Origin: an uncultured Verrucomicrobiota bacterium | Lineage (GTDB): Bacteria > Verrucomicrobiota > Verrucomicrobiia > Verrucomicrobiales > Verrucomicrobiaceae | DNA length: 64,000 bases | Direction of reading: 5' to 3' | Assembly: GCA_903848465.1 (NCBI GenBank) | Contig: CAINGK010000128.1 | Span: forward strand, 6,270-70,269 | Shown here: positions 35,416 through 45,611 of the stretch, piece after piece | Layout of the letters: each line of letters starts with the position of its first letter | Position numbering within the stretch: the first letter of the stretch is position 1 | Program-made: the position numbers and the translations under genes | Notes under the pieces: model-generated | Told to the model about the DNA's origin: nothing | The model's input: only the letters and a program-made list of their open reading frames with translations | Databases searched by the model: none

Positions 35416-38400
35416 TCACAGCGTCCGCAGCATTGCCAGCGCCTCGTCGAGTTGTTTATGGCCTTCGCGCGAGTTGAGGCGCGGGAATTTACCCTGGATC
35501 ATGACGAACTTGCCATTGCGTGAGAGCATGAGCTTACGGTCTTTGATTTCAACATCGCTGATGCCAGCATGTGCGGCAGCGAGGCGAATGGAAGCGCAGG
35601 TGAGCAGGTTTTGCACGGCGTGCGGCAGCTTTTCGCCGAACTGATCACGCCACTGTGCTTCCAATTCTTCGAGTTCTTTGCGCGTCATGATTTCGCCCAC
35701 TTGGCGATAGGCGGTGATGCGCAGCTTGAGATCTTCGATAAAGCTGGACGGCAGGAATGCAGGTGTGGCATGTTTTTCCGCCTGCACCATCATGGCCTCA
35801 TTCATGACAAGAAAGTCTGTTCGCAGCCCGACTTCGACCGGACGCGCTACGCGGCGGCCCTGCATGCGGGCGACGCTTTGCTTGAGCATCTGGCAGTACA
35901 GATCGAAACCGACAGCAGCGATGTGGCCGCTCTGCTCGGTGCCAAGTAGGTTGCCCGCGCCACGGATTTCCAGATCCCGCAGCGCGATTTTGAAGCCGCT
36001 GCCGAGACCGGCGTATTGCTTGATCGCGTTCACGCGCTTGCGCGCATCTCCTGCCGTCACTGCATCCTGTGGCAGCAGCAGATAGGCATGTGCCTGCACA
36101 CCGCCACGACCGACACGGCCGCGAAGCTGATACAAGTCAGCGAGGCCGAAGCGATCCGCACGATCAATGATGATGGTGTTCGCATTGGGAATATCGACGC
36201 CGCTTTCGATGATCGTGGTGCAGACCAGCACGTCGGCCTCGCCATCGACGAAGGTGTGCATCACATCCTCCAGCAGTTCGCTGTCCATCTGGCCATGGCC
36301 GATGATGACACGGGCTTTCGGGCAGAGATCGCGAATGCGCTGCGCGATTTTTTCGATGGTCATCACGCGGTTGTGCAGGAAGAAGACCTGCCCGCCGCGC
36401 TCGATCTCCGCCTCCACGGCCTGTTTGATGGTGCGCTCGTCGTAGGGGCAGATCATTGTCTGCACCGCCTGCTTGTTCGGCGGCGGTGTCTCGATGGTGC
36501 TCATGTCACGCATGCCCATGAGCGCGAGGTAGAGCGTGCGTGGAATCGGCGTGGCGCTGAGCGTGAGCACATCGACGAGGCGAAAGAGGTCCTTGAATTT
36601 TTCTTTGTGCTTCACACCGAAGCGCTGCTCCTCATCAATCACGGCGAGGCCGAGATTTTTGAACCGCACGTCTTTGGAAATGACCCGGTGCGTGCCGACG
36701 ACGATGTCCACCGTGCCCTCGGTGATGCCGCGCAGGATCTCGCGTTCACGGTTTGGTGGCGTGAGGCGGCAGAGCATTTCGACCGACACAGGGAACTCGC
36801 TCATGCGCTGGCGAATATTTTCCCAATGCTGGCGAGCCAGCACCGTGGTGGGCACGAGGATCGCCACCTGACGACCGCCCATCACAGCTTTGAAAGCCGC
36901 ACGAATGGCGACCTCGGTTTTGCCAAAGCCGACATCAGCACACAGCAGCCGGTCCATGGGCTTTTCGGCCTCCATGTCGCGCTTGATCTCTTCCACGCTG
37001 CGCAGTTGATCCGGCGTTTCGTGGTATAAAAAGGATTCTTCAAACTCAACCTGCCACTTGGTGTCTGGCTGGTGCGAGTAAGCCTTGAGCGTCTGTCGTT
37101 CCGCCGCCACGCTGAGCATGCGCACGGCGAAGTCCTCCACGCTTTTCTCCGCACTCTTGCGCGTCTTCTGCCAGCGCGCCTCGCTGAGCTTGCTCAAGGC
37201 CGGTGCCTTGCCGCCGACACCGACGTAACGCGTGACCATGTGCGTGTGGGCCACCGGCACAAAGACTTTGGCGCCTTCGGCGTAATGCAGCACCAAGACT
37301 TCTTCGCGCTTTCCTGAATCACGCACCTCGACGCCGCCGAAGCGTGCCACGCCATGCTCGGCATGCACGACGATGTCGCCCTCACGCAGGTCGCGCATCA
37401 CATCACGCGCTTTGCGCAGCACTTCGGCTTCATCGAGCTTCGAGCCGCGCACGCGGCGGATCTGCTGATGACGGCCAAAAATTTCCGCGCCGGTCAGCAC
37501 GGCAAGTTTGGCCGCTGGCACGGTGAAGCCGCGATAAAGCAAGCCGAGTTTCGTTTCGAGCGAGGTCGGCAGACCACTTTGCAGTTCGGCGAAGCGTTCA
37601 CGTTCTGCTTCGTTGTGGAAAAAAATCACGGTGCGCCAGCCGGCCTCGTGCCATTCACGGATCTGCTTTACGAAGTGCTCGCGCCGCGCCTCATGCAGCA
37701 CAAAGTCGGACGCATCAAAGACCCCGAGAGGGTTTTCATGGATCGCCGCCGAATACTCTTCAAGGCCCTCGACTGGCGCGGCACCGCTGAGGATGCGGGC
37801 CTGCGCTGATCCTTCGCAGTCGATGGAAACGACAAGGTCATTCTTTTGCAAATGCTCGCGAATACGCGAGGCGTCCTCCGCATTGTCATTCATCTGCAGA
37901 ATGACGCCCACACTTTCCAACCGCTTGATGGAAGACTGATTGTGCAGATCGAAGGCACGGATCGATTCGATCTCGTCATCAAAAAATTCCAGCCGCAGCG
38001 GTTCCTCCGCCTGCCAGGAGAAAAAGTCCACGATGCCACCCCGGCGTGCGAAGTGACCGCGCTCCGTGACGACGGGCACGCGCTCGTAGCCAGCCTCACT
38101 CAGATCACGCAGCAGTTCCTCCACATCCAGCTTCGCTCCGACGGTGAGCGTGCGCCGCTGGCTGGAGATTTCGGCCAGGGCTGGTGCGGGCTCGTCCAGA
38201 CTGTCCGCGCACAGTACCATGACCGGCGCGTCGTCTTCCATCATGCGACCGAGCACACCTGCGCGCTCCGCCAGCAATTCAGGGTCGATCAAGGCATCAT
38301 TCACCACCTGCCCAAGACGTGGCAGATACAGCGCCGGGCACTGCCACACGCCGAGTTCGGCATGCACATGATCCTGCGTCTTCACGTCCGCGCACAAAAT

Positions 38401-38655
38401 CCACACGCGACGGCCTGGCGTGACCTTCTCCGCGTGCCGCACCATCAGCGCCGCCGCAAAGCCGAAGGCCTGCGGTGTGACGTGATCGAGCACCAGATCT
38501 GCGTGCTTTAGCTTACGCTTAAATTCGGCGGCAGCCAGCGTGAGATCCACCAGACCGAGCGCATCCCCCCGCGCACGCCCAGACGGGGGTGGTGGTTGGC
38601 GATTCGCAGCCTTCTTCACGCCGCGAGGTTTGGTGGCGCGCTTGACGGGTTCCAA
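35416..38655 (-). CDS. mfd: transcription-repair coupling factor Mfd
   Basis: CADVGFGKTEVA (Walker A), DEEQRFGV, LSATPIPRTL, QLRGRVGRG, and a TRG-motif region. The start is uncertain: the ORF-track start is TTG at 38655, and an alternative GTG lies at 38619. Confidence 0.9.
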   Translation of the reverse strand: MEPVKRATKPRGVKKAANRQPPPPSGRARGDALGLVDLTLAAAEFKRKLKHADLVLDHVTPQAFGFAAALMVRHAEKVTPGRRVWILCADVKTQDHVHAELGVWQCPALYLPRLGQVVNDALIDPELLAERAGVLGRMMEDDAPVMVLCADSLDEPAPALAEISSQRRTLTVGAKLDVEELLRDLSEAGYERVPVVTERGHFARRGGIVDFFSWQAEEPLRLEFFDDEIESIRAFDLHNQSSIKRLESVGVILQMNDNAEDASRIREHLQKNDLVVSIDCEGSAQARILSGAAPVEGLEEYSAAIHENPLGVFDASDFVLHEARREHFVKQIREWHEAGWRTVIFFHNEAERERFAELQSGLPTSLETKLGLLYRGFTVPAAKLAVLTGAEIFGRHQQIRRVRGSKLDEAEVLRKARDVMRDLREGDIVVHAEHGVARFGGVEVRDSGKREEVLVLHYAEGAKVFVPVAHTHMVTRYVGVGGKAPALSKLSEARWQKTRKSAEKSVEDFAVRMLSVAAERQTLKAYSHQPDTKWQVEFEESFLYHETPDQLRSVEEIKRDMEAEKPMDRLLCADVGFGKTEVAIRAAFKAVMGGRQVAILVPTTVLARQHWENIRQRMSEFPVSVEMLCRLTPPNREREILRGITEGTVDIVVGTHRVISKDVRFKNLGLAVIDEEQRFGVKHKEKFKDLFRLVDVLTLSATPIPRTLYLALMGMRDMSTIETPPPNKQAVQTMICPYDERTIKQAVEAEIERGGQVFFLHNRVMTIEKIAQRIRDLCPKARVIIGHGQMDSELLEDVMHTFVDGEADVLVCTTIIESGVDIPNANTIIIDRADRFGLADLYQLRGRVGRGGVQAHAYLLLPQDAVTAGDARKRVNAIKQYAGLGSGFKIALRDLEIRGAGNLLGTEQSGHIAAVGFDLYCQMLKQSVARMQGRRVARPVEVGLRTDFLVMNEAMMVQAEKHATPAFLPSSFIEDLKLRITAYRQVGEIMTRKELEELEAQWRDQFGEKLPHAVQNLLTCASIRLAAAHAGISDVEIKDRKLMLSRNGKFVMIQGKFPRLNSREGHKQLDEALAMLRTL

Positions 38656-38685
38656 AACAAAGCGCCGGGTGAAAACACCCGGCGC
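38652..38685 (-). terminator. Rho-independent-type terminator after the SHD1-like gene
   Basis: Minus strand reads GCGCCGGGTG-tttt-CACCCGGCGC (perfect 10-bp stem, 38662-38685) followed by TTTGTTTTGG. The T-tract runs into the annotated mfd TTG start. Confidence 0.6.
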
Positions 38686-38731
38686 GGCATATCAGCGTGT
38701 GAAACGCTCCAATTCAAGGATGGGCAGCGAA

Positions 38732-39454
38732 CTATTTCGGATTGCCGGTGGATTGCGAACTTGAACCGTTCGACTGCGGTTTGCCTACAGCGGCGACCAA
38801 GAGGTCATCCTTGGTGGCCCACTTGTAAACTTCGCGGTCGTTTTTATCAAAGATGCGGACCGCGAGTCCACCCATGCCGTCGGACTGAATGGCGCTGTCA
38901 CCATTACTATAATAAAATCCGCCAGCGAGTTCTTGTTTGTGCAGGACAATTTCCGTGGTGTCCAGCGTCGCCGTGCCTGAGCCAGCCACCATGGCGACTT
39001 TGCTGCTGCCGGAGGTTTCGATGCGTGCCGAACCTTTACCTTTACCTGAATCTTCCCGGCGGAAGCACCAATAATCGACCCTCAAGTCACCAACAGCGGT
39101 CGGCTGACGGTTCTTAATGTTGATTTTGTAGAGCCACGTCTCGTCCACATATGTCACCGGTCCCCGCTTGGTGCTGGTCGATTTCAGCTTTTTCTTGGTG
39201 TAGGCCACATCAAAACTGTACTTCGTATTGGCATCTGCCCAGTCGGAAATGAATTTCTGATCTGCGGCGGTAAAATTGCTGGCCACCACACTGAAGGTGC
39301 GACCATCGGTGGCTCGTTTGAGCATCACCTGACCGCCGCCAGCGGCGATGATTTCTGCCTCAAGCTTGCGGCCCTGGAGATCCGTAAATTCATGGGCAGA
39401 CAGCGCCGGAATGGCGGCAATGAGGCACAGGCTGGTGAGTATGTGTGTTTTCAT
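38732..39454 (-). CDS. secreted hypothetical protein with SHD1-like N-terminal domain
   Basis: Signal peptide starts at the ATG at 39454 (MKTHILTSLCLIAAIPALSA). FTDLQGRKLEAEIIAAGGGQVMLKRATDGRTFSVVASNFTAADQKFI fits the SHD1 pattern seen in PVC proteins. Confidence 0.45.
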   Translation of the reverse strand: MKTHILTSLCLIAAIPALSAHEFTDLQGRKLEAEIIAAGGGQVMLKRATDGRTFSVVASNFTAADQKFISDWADANTKYSFDVAYTKKKLKSTSTKRGPVTYVDETWLYKINIKNRQPTAVGDLRVDYWCFRREDSGKGKGSARIETSGSSKVAMVAGSGTATLDTTEIVLHKQELAGGFYYSNGDSAIQSDGMGGLAVRIFDKNDREVYKWATKDDLLVAAVGKPQSNGSSSQSTGNPK

Positions 39455-39650
39455 GGCAAAGATTTCAGGATAACCGGAGGCATGCCAGTATTCTAAGCCA
39501 GCCATCGTCAACCTAATATATTCTCACTACGCTCTAATGATCTATGAATGAATAGTCTAAATGCTTATTTTTCTCAACCGAGAAGGTGAACTTTGAGACC
39601 TTGAAGCTTACTTGAAGAACCGCTTTGGCACCCACGTTGATGCATTTGCC

Positions 39651-41012
39651 ATGTCCGCTGCTCTCACCTTCCGCCGCCGATTCCTCCAGCAATGCTCTGC
39701 CGCTGGCGCAGCGCTTGGCTTCCCCACGATCATCCCTGCTTCTGCCCTGGGGAAGAATGGCACGGTGGCACCTTCCAACCGTACCACGCTCGCGCTGATC
39801 GGTTGCGGTGGCCGCGGCACGGATGTGGTGAAGAATTTCCTGCAGGACGAGCGTGTGCAGGTCATCGCGGTGTGTGACGTGGAGCGCGAATCCGACCGCT
39901 ATAACAAGGGTATCATTAAAAAGGCCGGGACACTGGGCCGCGAACCGGCGCGGCGGCTGGTGGACAAAACCTACGGCACGCAGGGCTGCACCGCGCATGA
40001 GGACTTCCGTGAGGTGCTCGCGCGGAAGGATGTGGATGCCGTTCAGATCGCCACGCCGGACCACTGGCATGCGCTGATAGCTGTGGCGGCGGCACGGGCC
40101 GGGAAAAGCATCTACTGCGAGAAGCCGCTGAGCCTTACCGTGGCGCAGGGCCGCTTCATGAGCGACGTCGTGCGTGACAGCAAAGTGGTCTGGCAGACCG
40201 GCAGCCAGCAGCGCAGTGACATCCACTTCCGCATGGCCTGCGAGTACGTGCGCAATGGCAGGATCGGTAAATTGAAGCAAATCCGCGTCGGTCTGGCGAG
40301 CGACAACCGCGACAACAATGGCTGTGCTGCACAAACCGCGCCTGCGCCTGTGCCGGAAGGATTGAACTACGAATTCTGGCTCGGCCCCGCGCCTGAGGCC
40401 CCCTTCTGCCCGGCACGGCTGCATTCCAACTGGCGGTGGATCTACGACTATTCTGGCGGCAACATCACCGACTTCGGCGCACATCATTTCGACATCGTGC
40501 AGTGGGCGCTGGGACAGGATGAAGGAGGACCTGTCGAGTTCTTCGACCTCAAAGCCACCTGGCCTGCACCTGGAGGGCTTTATACCACCCCTCCGACATT
40601 CTCATTCGCCTATCGCTATGAGGATGGCGCTACCGTGCGAGTGGCGGATAAGCAGGACTTTGGATCGGGTATCCTATTTGAGGGCGAAAATGGCAGTGTG
40701 CTCAGCATGCGGGGCAAATTGGAGATCAAGCCGGACTCGCTGCGCACACCGCTGGCCGAAAGCGATGTGCATCTCTACGAGAGCAAGGACCACTTCCGCA
40801 ACTTCATCGATGCCATCCGCGACGGCGTGAAACCCGCCGCGCCCATCGAGTACGCACACCGCAGCATCACCATCGCGCACCTGGCCAATATCGCTCTGCG
40901 GCTGAACCGTTCCAAGCTGCGCTGGGATCCGATGAAGGAACAAATTCTCGAAGATGCAGAGGCCGCTGCAATGCTGACGCGGCCCATGCGCGGCACATGG
41001 CAGTTGGTGTAA
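39651..41012 (+). CDS. Gfo/Idh/MocA-family oxidoreductase with TAT signal
   Basis: FRRRFLQQCSAAGAALG. Rossmann LALIGCGGRG. EKPL motif IYCEKPLS. The ORF-track start at 39612 is TTG. Confidence 0.8.
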   Translation: MSAALTFRRRFLQQCSAAGAALGFPTIIPASALGKNGTVAPSNRTTLALIGCGGRGTDVVKNFLQDERVQVIAVCDVERESDRYNKGIIKKAGTLGREPARRLVDKTYGTQGCTAHEDFREVLARKDVDAVQIATPDHWHALIAVAAARAGKSIYCEKPLSLTVAQGRFMSDVVRDSKVVWQTGSQQRSDIHFRMACEYVRNGRIGKLKQIRVGLASDNRDNNGCAAQTAPAPVPEGLNYEFWLGPAPEAPFCPARLHSNWRWIYDYSGGNITDFGAHHFDIVQWALGQDEGGPVEFFDLKATWPAPGGLYTTPPTFSFAYRYEDGATVRVADKQDFGSGILFEGENGSVLSMRGKLEIKPDSLRTPLAESDVHLYESKDHFRNFIDAIRDGVKPAAPIEYAHRSITIAHLANIALRLNRSKLRWDPMKEQILEDAEAAAMLTRPMRGTWQLV

Positions 41013-41022
41013 ACCCGCTTTG

Positions 41023-41054
41023 CATGGAATGGGTCTTGGGGGAGAGATTCCATG
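41023..41054. terminator. stem-loop between convergent genes
   Basis: CATGGAAT-16 nt-ATTCCATG (8-bp stem) in the 71-nt gap between the stops at 41012 and 41084. No clear U-tract. Confidence 0.3.
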
Positions 41055-41083
41055 TCCCTCAAACCTTCAGAGAGAGAGGGATG

Positions 41084-41836
41084 TCATCCGAACTGCTTCC
41101 AGAACATGAGCACAGAAATAATCAAGCCAATGGCGGTGATGAGATGCCTCACCTTCTGGGGTGAGATGCGCTGAGAGTACCGCGCACCCAGGTAGTAGCC
41201 GATCAGCGCACCTGCCGTCAGCGCCAGTGCCTGCGGCCAGTTCACCATGCCGACGGCGATGAACCATACTGCGGCAATGACGTTGATGAGCGAACCGAGC
41301 ACGTTCTTCAGCGCATTCATTTCGTGAATGTCCGTCATGCCCATGAAGCCGAACGAGGCGAGCATCAGGATGCCAATGCCTGCGCCGAAGAATGCACCGT
41401 AGATCGCCACGGGCAATTGCAGTGCGATGGAGAACCACAACGCTTTGGATTTCCCCTCCGTGGCCGTCTTGCGTAGAAATCCCTGAAGAAAAAACAGCAC
41501 AGTGGCGAACAGTACGAGGAAGGGAATGAGCTTCGAGAACTGATCGTCGCTCGTTTGCGTCAGCAACCAACTCCCGATGGCCGCACCAACGAGACAAATG
41601 GGGATAAAGCTCCACAGCAGCGAGCGGATCGCCTTCAAACGCCCGCGAAAACCCAGGATGCTGCCCGCCGTGCCGATGACCAGCCCCACGGTGCTCGTCG
41701 CATTGGCCAGCACGGGCGGCGTGCCGCACATGAGCAACACGGGAAACGTCAGCAAGGTGCCTCCCCCGGCAACGGCATTGATCGCCCCGGCAGTGCAGCC
41801 TGCGGCGCTGAGGGTGAGGAGTTCGAGGAAGGTCAT
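41084..41836 (-). CDS. TauE/SafE (DUF81) family anion exporter membrane protein
   Basis: MTFLELLTLSAAGCTAGAINAVAGGGTLLTFPVLL. Multiple TM segments. An overlapping same-strand ORF (41067-41855) in another frame is non-hydrophobic and was rejected. Confidence 0.8.
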   Translation of the reverse strand: MTFLELLTLSAAGCTAGAINAVAGGGTLLTFPVLLMCGTPPVLANATSTVGLVIGTAGSILGFRGRLKAIRSLLWSFIPICLVGAAIGSWLLTQTSDDQFSKLIPFLVLFATVLFFLQGFLRKTATEGKSKALWFSIALQLPVAIYGAFFGAGIGILMLASFGFMGMTDIHEMNALKNVLGSLINVIAAVWFIAVGMVNWPQALALTAGALIGYYLGARYSQRISPQKVRHLITAIGLIISVLMFWKQFG

Positions 41837-41893
41837 GCTTCTCACTACTCAGCACAGCGCTTGATGAAAGTACAGCATGCTGATGCAGCAGGA

Positions 41894-43888
41894 CTATTTC
41901 GCCTGCGGATTCCTCAGGTAATACAGATGCCCGTCTTCCGCTCCACCGATAAAATCTGGGAGACCGTCGGCGTTGAAATCCACCGTGGTGGGGCTCACGT
42001 CGTGGCCTTCGATGTTGGCATCAATGAGGAGACCCATGTCGGCGAAGTACCATTTGCCATCGACACTGGAGATCTGGCGGATGAAGTTGGCGTTGGCGGA
42101 GTTGAGGAGGATGTCGAGCTTGCCGTCCTGGTCCCAGTCCATGATGCAGATTTTACGACGACCGCTTTTGCCGGCGATGCCAGCATTGAGGCGCAGCGGC
42201 TCACCGGGCTTCATGGCAACGGGTGTTTTGATCTTGAGCATTTTGTCGAGCAGGCCGGGGACTTTGGCATCCTGCGCGGCGCACAGCACGCGTTGCGGAT
42301 GTTTGAGGATGAGTTTGCCGTCCTGTTTCGCCCGTTCAAAGAAGGCGAGATAGCCTTCCTGATCGAGCATGACGAGATCGGTGAGGCTGTCCTTGTTCCA
42401 ATCAACGGCGACAGGTGTGGTGCGCCACTGAGTCAGCAGAGCCTTGCCTTCTGGACGCAGCCAGCCGTAGGCGAGCGCGGGTTGCGGGCCATTCCACTCG
42501 ACTTCCAGGGGTTGTGCGGCGGCGAGCTGAGGCTTTTGACGTGTGCCGATGTTTTTGTACCACACGACTTTGCCGAGGATGGAGTTTAGCAGGAGATCCG
42601 GCAGGCCATCGCCATCCCAATCGGCCACAGTCTGCGTGGTGTAGCCCCATTTGGCTTCGCAGGGGCCCTGGATGCTGCCATTGGTGCCCGCCATGGGGCG
42701 GATGACTTTGCCGGCGGCTTCGAGGCGCACGGGCGCAGCCCACTTCGGCTGCTCGACGCCTTTGCCACTGAGATTTTCAATGAAGCCGATGTAGCCAGCG
42801 GTGTTGCCACAGATGAGATCAATGTCATCATCGCCATCCCAGTCGAATCCGACAGGTGTAACAAGCGCGCCAAACTTCACCTGATCTGCCTCCTGCTGGA
42901 AGTAGCGCGGCTCGGCATAGACAGGAGTCTTGTTGTCGAGTTTGCCGGTGTTTTCGATGAAGGCCACGCGGCCGTCTTCGTCGCCGCAGATGAGATCGAG
43001 ATCGCCGTCCTTGTCCCAGTCAATCGCGGTGGGAGTGATCATTTCGAGATCCATCGTGAGATAGCGGCCTGTGTCAGCTTTTAAGCGTACGCCAAGCGCG
43101 TATTTCGGCTGCGTGCGTGTGCCGGTGTTTTGAAAATAGGTGAAACCGTCGAGGAACTCGCCGCAGAGCAGATCGAGATCGCCATCGCCATCGTAGTCTG
43201 CGAAGTTCGGCGCAGGCCAGCCAAAGGTCTCGAGCGGACGGTCGGTGGCCATGATTTTCTTGGGCTTGTCGTAGGCCGGTTTGTCGTTCGTGCCGGTGTT
43301 GCGGAGCAGATACACATAGCCGCGCAGGGGGCCGTTCATCCAGCGGCCGTTTTCAGTGTAGGCGTTGTCCCAGCCGTACTCGGTCCAGTCATCGACACCG
43401 ACGATGAGGTCGTTGTTGCCGTCGCCATCGAAATCCACCACACGCCACATGTCGCCGCGAACTTTGTTGGGGTGGACTTTCGCGTCTAGCGGCAGTTTTT
43501 GCTCATGCTCCAAACCGGTTTTGAGAAAGTCGGGATACTCTCTGCCGGGTGAAAGCACTCGTGGCTGGCCATCCACGTAGCTGACCTGCACATTCTGCTT
43601 TCCTGCGCTGATGCGCTTGGCGGCTTTGAAGACCGGCATCTTGTTTTTCGCCGTATCTCCGCTGGCGTTCTCGAAGAAATAAACACCGTTGTAAGGCTTG
43701 TCGGGACAGTTCACCACGAGGTCGAGGTCGCCATCTCCATCGAAGTCCATCGGCAGCGGCCAGGCCCACAAACCCACACCCAGATCGACCACGAGGCCGG
43801 GGTTGTTGTACTTGAGCGGCGTGAGGCCGTCAGCGGCCAGGGCCTGGCTGCAAAGGCAGGCAAGCAGGAGGGGTTGGAGGAACTTCAT
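41894..43888 (-). CDS. secreted FG-GAP/VCBS repeat protein
   Basis: Signal peptide starts at the ATG at 43888 (MKFLQPLLLACLCSQALA). Repeated DxDGDGDLDL Ca-binding-like motifs: DFDGDGDLDLVV, DFDGDGNNDLIV, DYDGDGDLDLLC, DWDKDGDLDLIC. Confidence 0.75.
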   Translation of the reverse strand: MKFLQPLLLACLCSQALAADGLTPLKYNNPGLVVDLGVGLWAWPLPMDFDGDGDLDLVVNCPDKPYNGVYFFENASGDTAKNKMPVFKAAKRISAGKQNVQVSYVDGQPRVLSPGREYPDFLKTGLEHEQKLPLDAKVHPNKVRGDMWRVVDFDGDGNNDLIVGVDDWTEYGWDNAYTENGRWMNGPLRGYVYLLRNTGTNDKPAYDKPKKIMATDRPLETFGWPAPNFADYDGDGDLDLLCGEFLDGFTYFQNTGTRTQPKYALGVRLKADTGRYLTMDLEMITPTAIDWDKDGDLDLICGDEDGRVAFIENTGKLDNKTPVYAEPRYFQQEADQVKFGALVTPVGFDWDGDDDIDLICGNTAGYIGFIENLSGKGVEQPKWAAPVRLEAAGKVIRPMAGTNGSIQGPCEAKWGYTTQTVADWDGDGLPDLLLNSILGKVVWYKNIGTRQKPQLAAAQPLEVEWNGPQPALAYGWLRPEGKALLTQWRTTPVAVDWNKDSLTDLVMLDQEGYLAFFERAKQDGKLILKHPQRVLCAAQDAKVPGLLDKMLKIKTPVAMKPGEPLRLNAGIAGKSGRRKICIMDWDQDGKLDILLNSANANFIRQISSVDGKWYFADMGLLIDANIEGHDVSPTTVDFNADGLPDFIGGAEDGHLYYLRNPQAK

Positions 43889-43903
43889 GGGTTGGAAAAA
43901 CAA

Positions 43904-45508
43904 TCAGCGCGACAGCGTGCCGCAGACATTCACCTGCATGCCCAAGCCGCGAGCCATTGCTGCCTTGGCGAACATGCATTCGTCTGCCGCTTTGGCGTCA
44001 TTGGCATAGGCGACCTGGACGTGATTGGCCTGATGCTTGGCCATGAGCTGGTCACGGCTCACGCCGTAGGTCACCGCGCTCATGATGGGCCACTGCGGTG
44101 TGGTTAGCTGCCAGCGGCGCTCGGTTTCCTCGCGCGGGAGATCGACCACGCAACCGCGGCCGATGTCCATGTGCAGCGCTTCATCCTGCACGTAGATGCG
44201 CGACCAGACGATCTCGCCCGGCTTGGAAATGCCACGCAGGGTGGAGCCACCGCTCGGGAAGTACATCGCGGGCTGGCGGAAACCTTCGGCACTCTTCCAG
44301 CCTTCGACGAAATGGGCTGGAGGAGCCGCACCGCTGATGAGGAAGACCCAGACGTAATCCTTGCCGAATTTTTCGCCCCAGCGCACGTCATGCAGGGTCG
44401 TTTCAACCGGCTGCTGCAGGGCGCGATGGACACGCTGGGTGAGCATGCCGTCCAGTCCGGCGCATTCATCGACCTCATTGAAATGCAGCAGCGGCTGGCC
44501 CTCCAACAAGGTGCGTTTGCGGTCACGCGATTTCACTGGCGGGCGGTCTGAATTATTCAGCATGCCTTCGACGAGATCGCTCGCTGGCAACAGATCCTTC
44601 AAGCCCTGCTGGTACTGAATGCCGATGGCGTCGCAGCCGAAGTCATCCGCGATGCGCAGCGCCGCGGCGTACATCTTGCACTGTAGCCGCACCTGATCAC
44701 GCGTGAGCTGCATGGCGTGATTGTCGCCGAGTTGGAAAGTCATGCCGTGCTTCACCACCCAGGTGTGAATCGCCAGTGCATCCGAATCGCTCACCTGCAT
44801 TGTTTCATGGTAGAGCGCCGACTGGCTCAGCCGCTCTTTGAACACGCCACAGGCATGCAGGGCGTGGTCAGGAATGATGGCATTGAACATGCCCATGCAG
44901 CCTTCATCAAAGATGCCCATGATCGCCTTGTCTGTACGCAAGGTGGCGGCCAGTTCCTTGCCAAGAGCCGCAGATTTGGCCGGCACTTTCACCTTCTCCA
45001 GTTTCTGCACATGGCTGAGATCGTGGGTGATGCTACCGGACTTGAGCCACTGCTTCAGCTTGGTCTTGAAAAACGTGTCGGTGAAATCCTCGCTCCACAG
45101 GGTCGAGTATTTAACGCCCGCTTTTGTGAGCGAACCGTTCAGATTGAGCATGCCCACCAGACCCGGCCACTGGCCGCTCCAGTTTGCCACGGTCAAAATC
45201 GGGCCGCGATGCGTGGTCAACCCAGCCAGCACATGATGCGAGTACTGCCACACCGCCTCTGCCACGATCAGCGGCGTCTCGGGGTCGATGGTGCGAAACA
45301 CTTCGATACCCATGCGCTGCGAATCGATAAACCCGTGCTTCTTCGATGTGTCCAAGGCATGCGCACGTTTGACCTCCCAGCCTTCCGCCTTCAACGCGGC
45401 ACCCAGCGCTTCTTCCATGGCTGCCTGAGCCGGCCAGCAGGTTTGATTGGCGGTAAGGCGCAGGTCACCGCTGGCCACGAGCTGAACGATTTTGGATTTG
45501 GATGGCAT
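43904..45508 (-). CDS. L-fucose isomerase-like sugar isomerase
   Basis: The C-terminal half aligns by eye with E. coli FucI: [11 protein letters not shown] vs YFRGGGYSSRF; [10 protein letters not shown] vs NSTWPTTWFA; [14 protein letters not shown]...GMQVNVCG vs ANHGVLTIGHVGAD...RIPVCMHN. Start choice is uncertain (ATG at 45508 or 45517, TTG at 45526). Confidence 0.55.
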   Translation of the reverse strand: MPSKSKIVQLVASGDLRLTANQTCWPAQAAMEEALGAALKAEGWEVKRAHALDTSKKHGFIDSQRMGIEVFRTIDPETPLIVAEAVWQYSHHVLAGLTTHRGPILTVANWSGQWPGLVGMLNLNGSLTKAGVKYSTLWSEDFTDTFFKTKLKQWLKSGSITHDLSHVQKLEKVKVPAKSAALGKELAATLRTDKAIMGIFDEGCMGMFNAIIPDHALHACGVFKERLSQSALYHETMQVSDSDALAIHTWVVKHGMTFQLGDNHAMQLTRDQVRLQCKMYAAALRIADDFGCDAIGIQYQQGLKDLLPASDLVEGMLNNSDRPPVKSRDRKRTLLEGQPLLHFNEVDECAGLDGMLTQRVHRALQQPVETTLHDVRWGEKFGKDYVWVFLISGAAPPAHFVEGWKSAEGFRQPAMYFPSGGSTLRGISKPGEIVWSRIYVQDEALHMDIGRGCVVDLPREETERRWQLTTPQWPIMSAVTYGVSRDQLMAKHQANHVQVAYANDAKAADECMFAKAAMARGLGMQVNVCGTLSR

Positions 45509-45558
45509 AAACCACATCTTAACCAAGAGACTCGCAGATCACCAGCACAACTGACAAC

Positions 45559-45586
45559 AGGTGCCAGATGAGCATCCTTGGCACCT
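45559..45586 (-). terminator. stem-loop after the glycoside-hydrolase-like gene
   Basis: AGGTGCCA-12 nt-TGGCACCT (8-bp stem) in the 85-103 nt gap before the isomerase-like gene. Confidence 0.25.
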
Positions 45587-45611
45587 GGATGACCATCCTT
45601 GATCTAGGCTC

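Noticed and set aside
39534-40487. Minus-strand ORF of 317 aa opposite the Gfo/Idh/MocA gene
   Set aside because: The plus strand shows a TAT signal, a Rossmann motif and EKP. The minus-strand product is Arg/Ala-rich noise.
41067-41855. Alternative same-strand ORF (262 aa) overlapping the TauE/SafE gene
   Set aside because: Its translation is His/Arg-rich and non-hydrophobic. The other frame gives a canonical DUF81 membrane protein.
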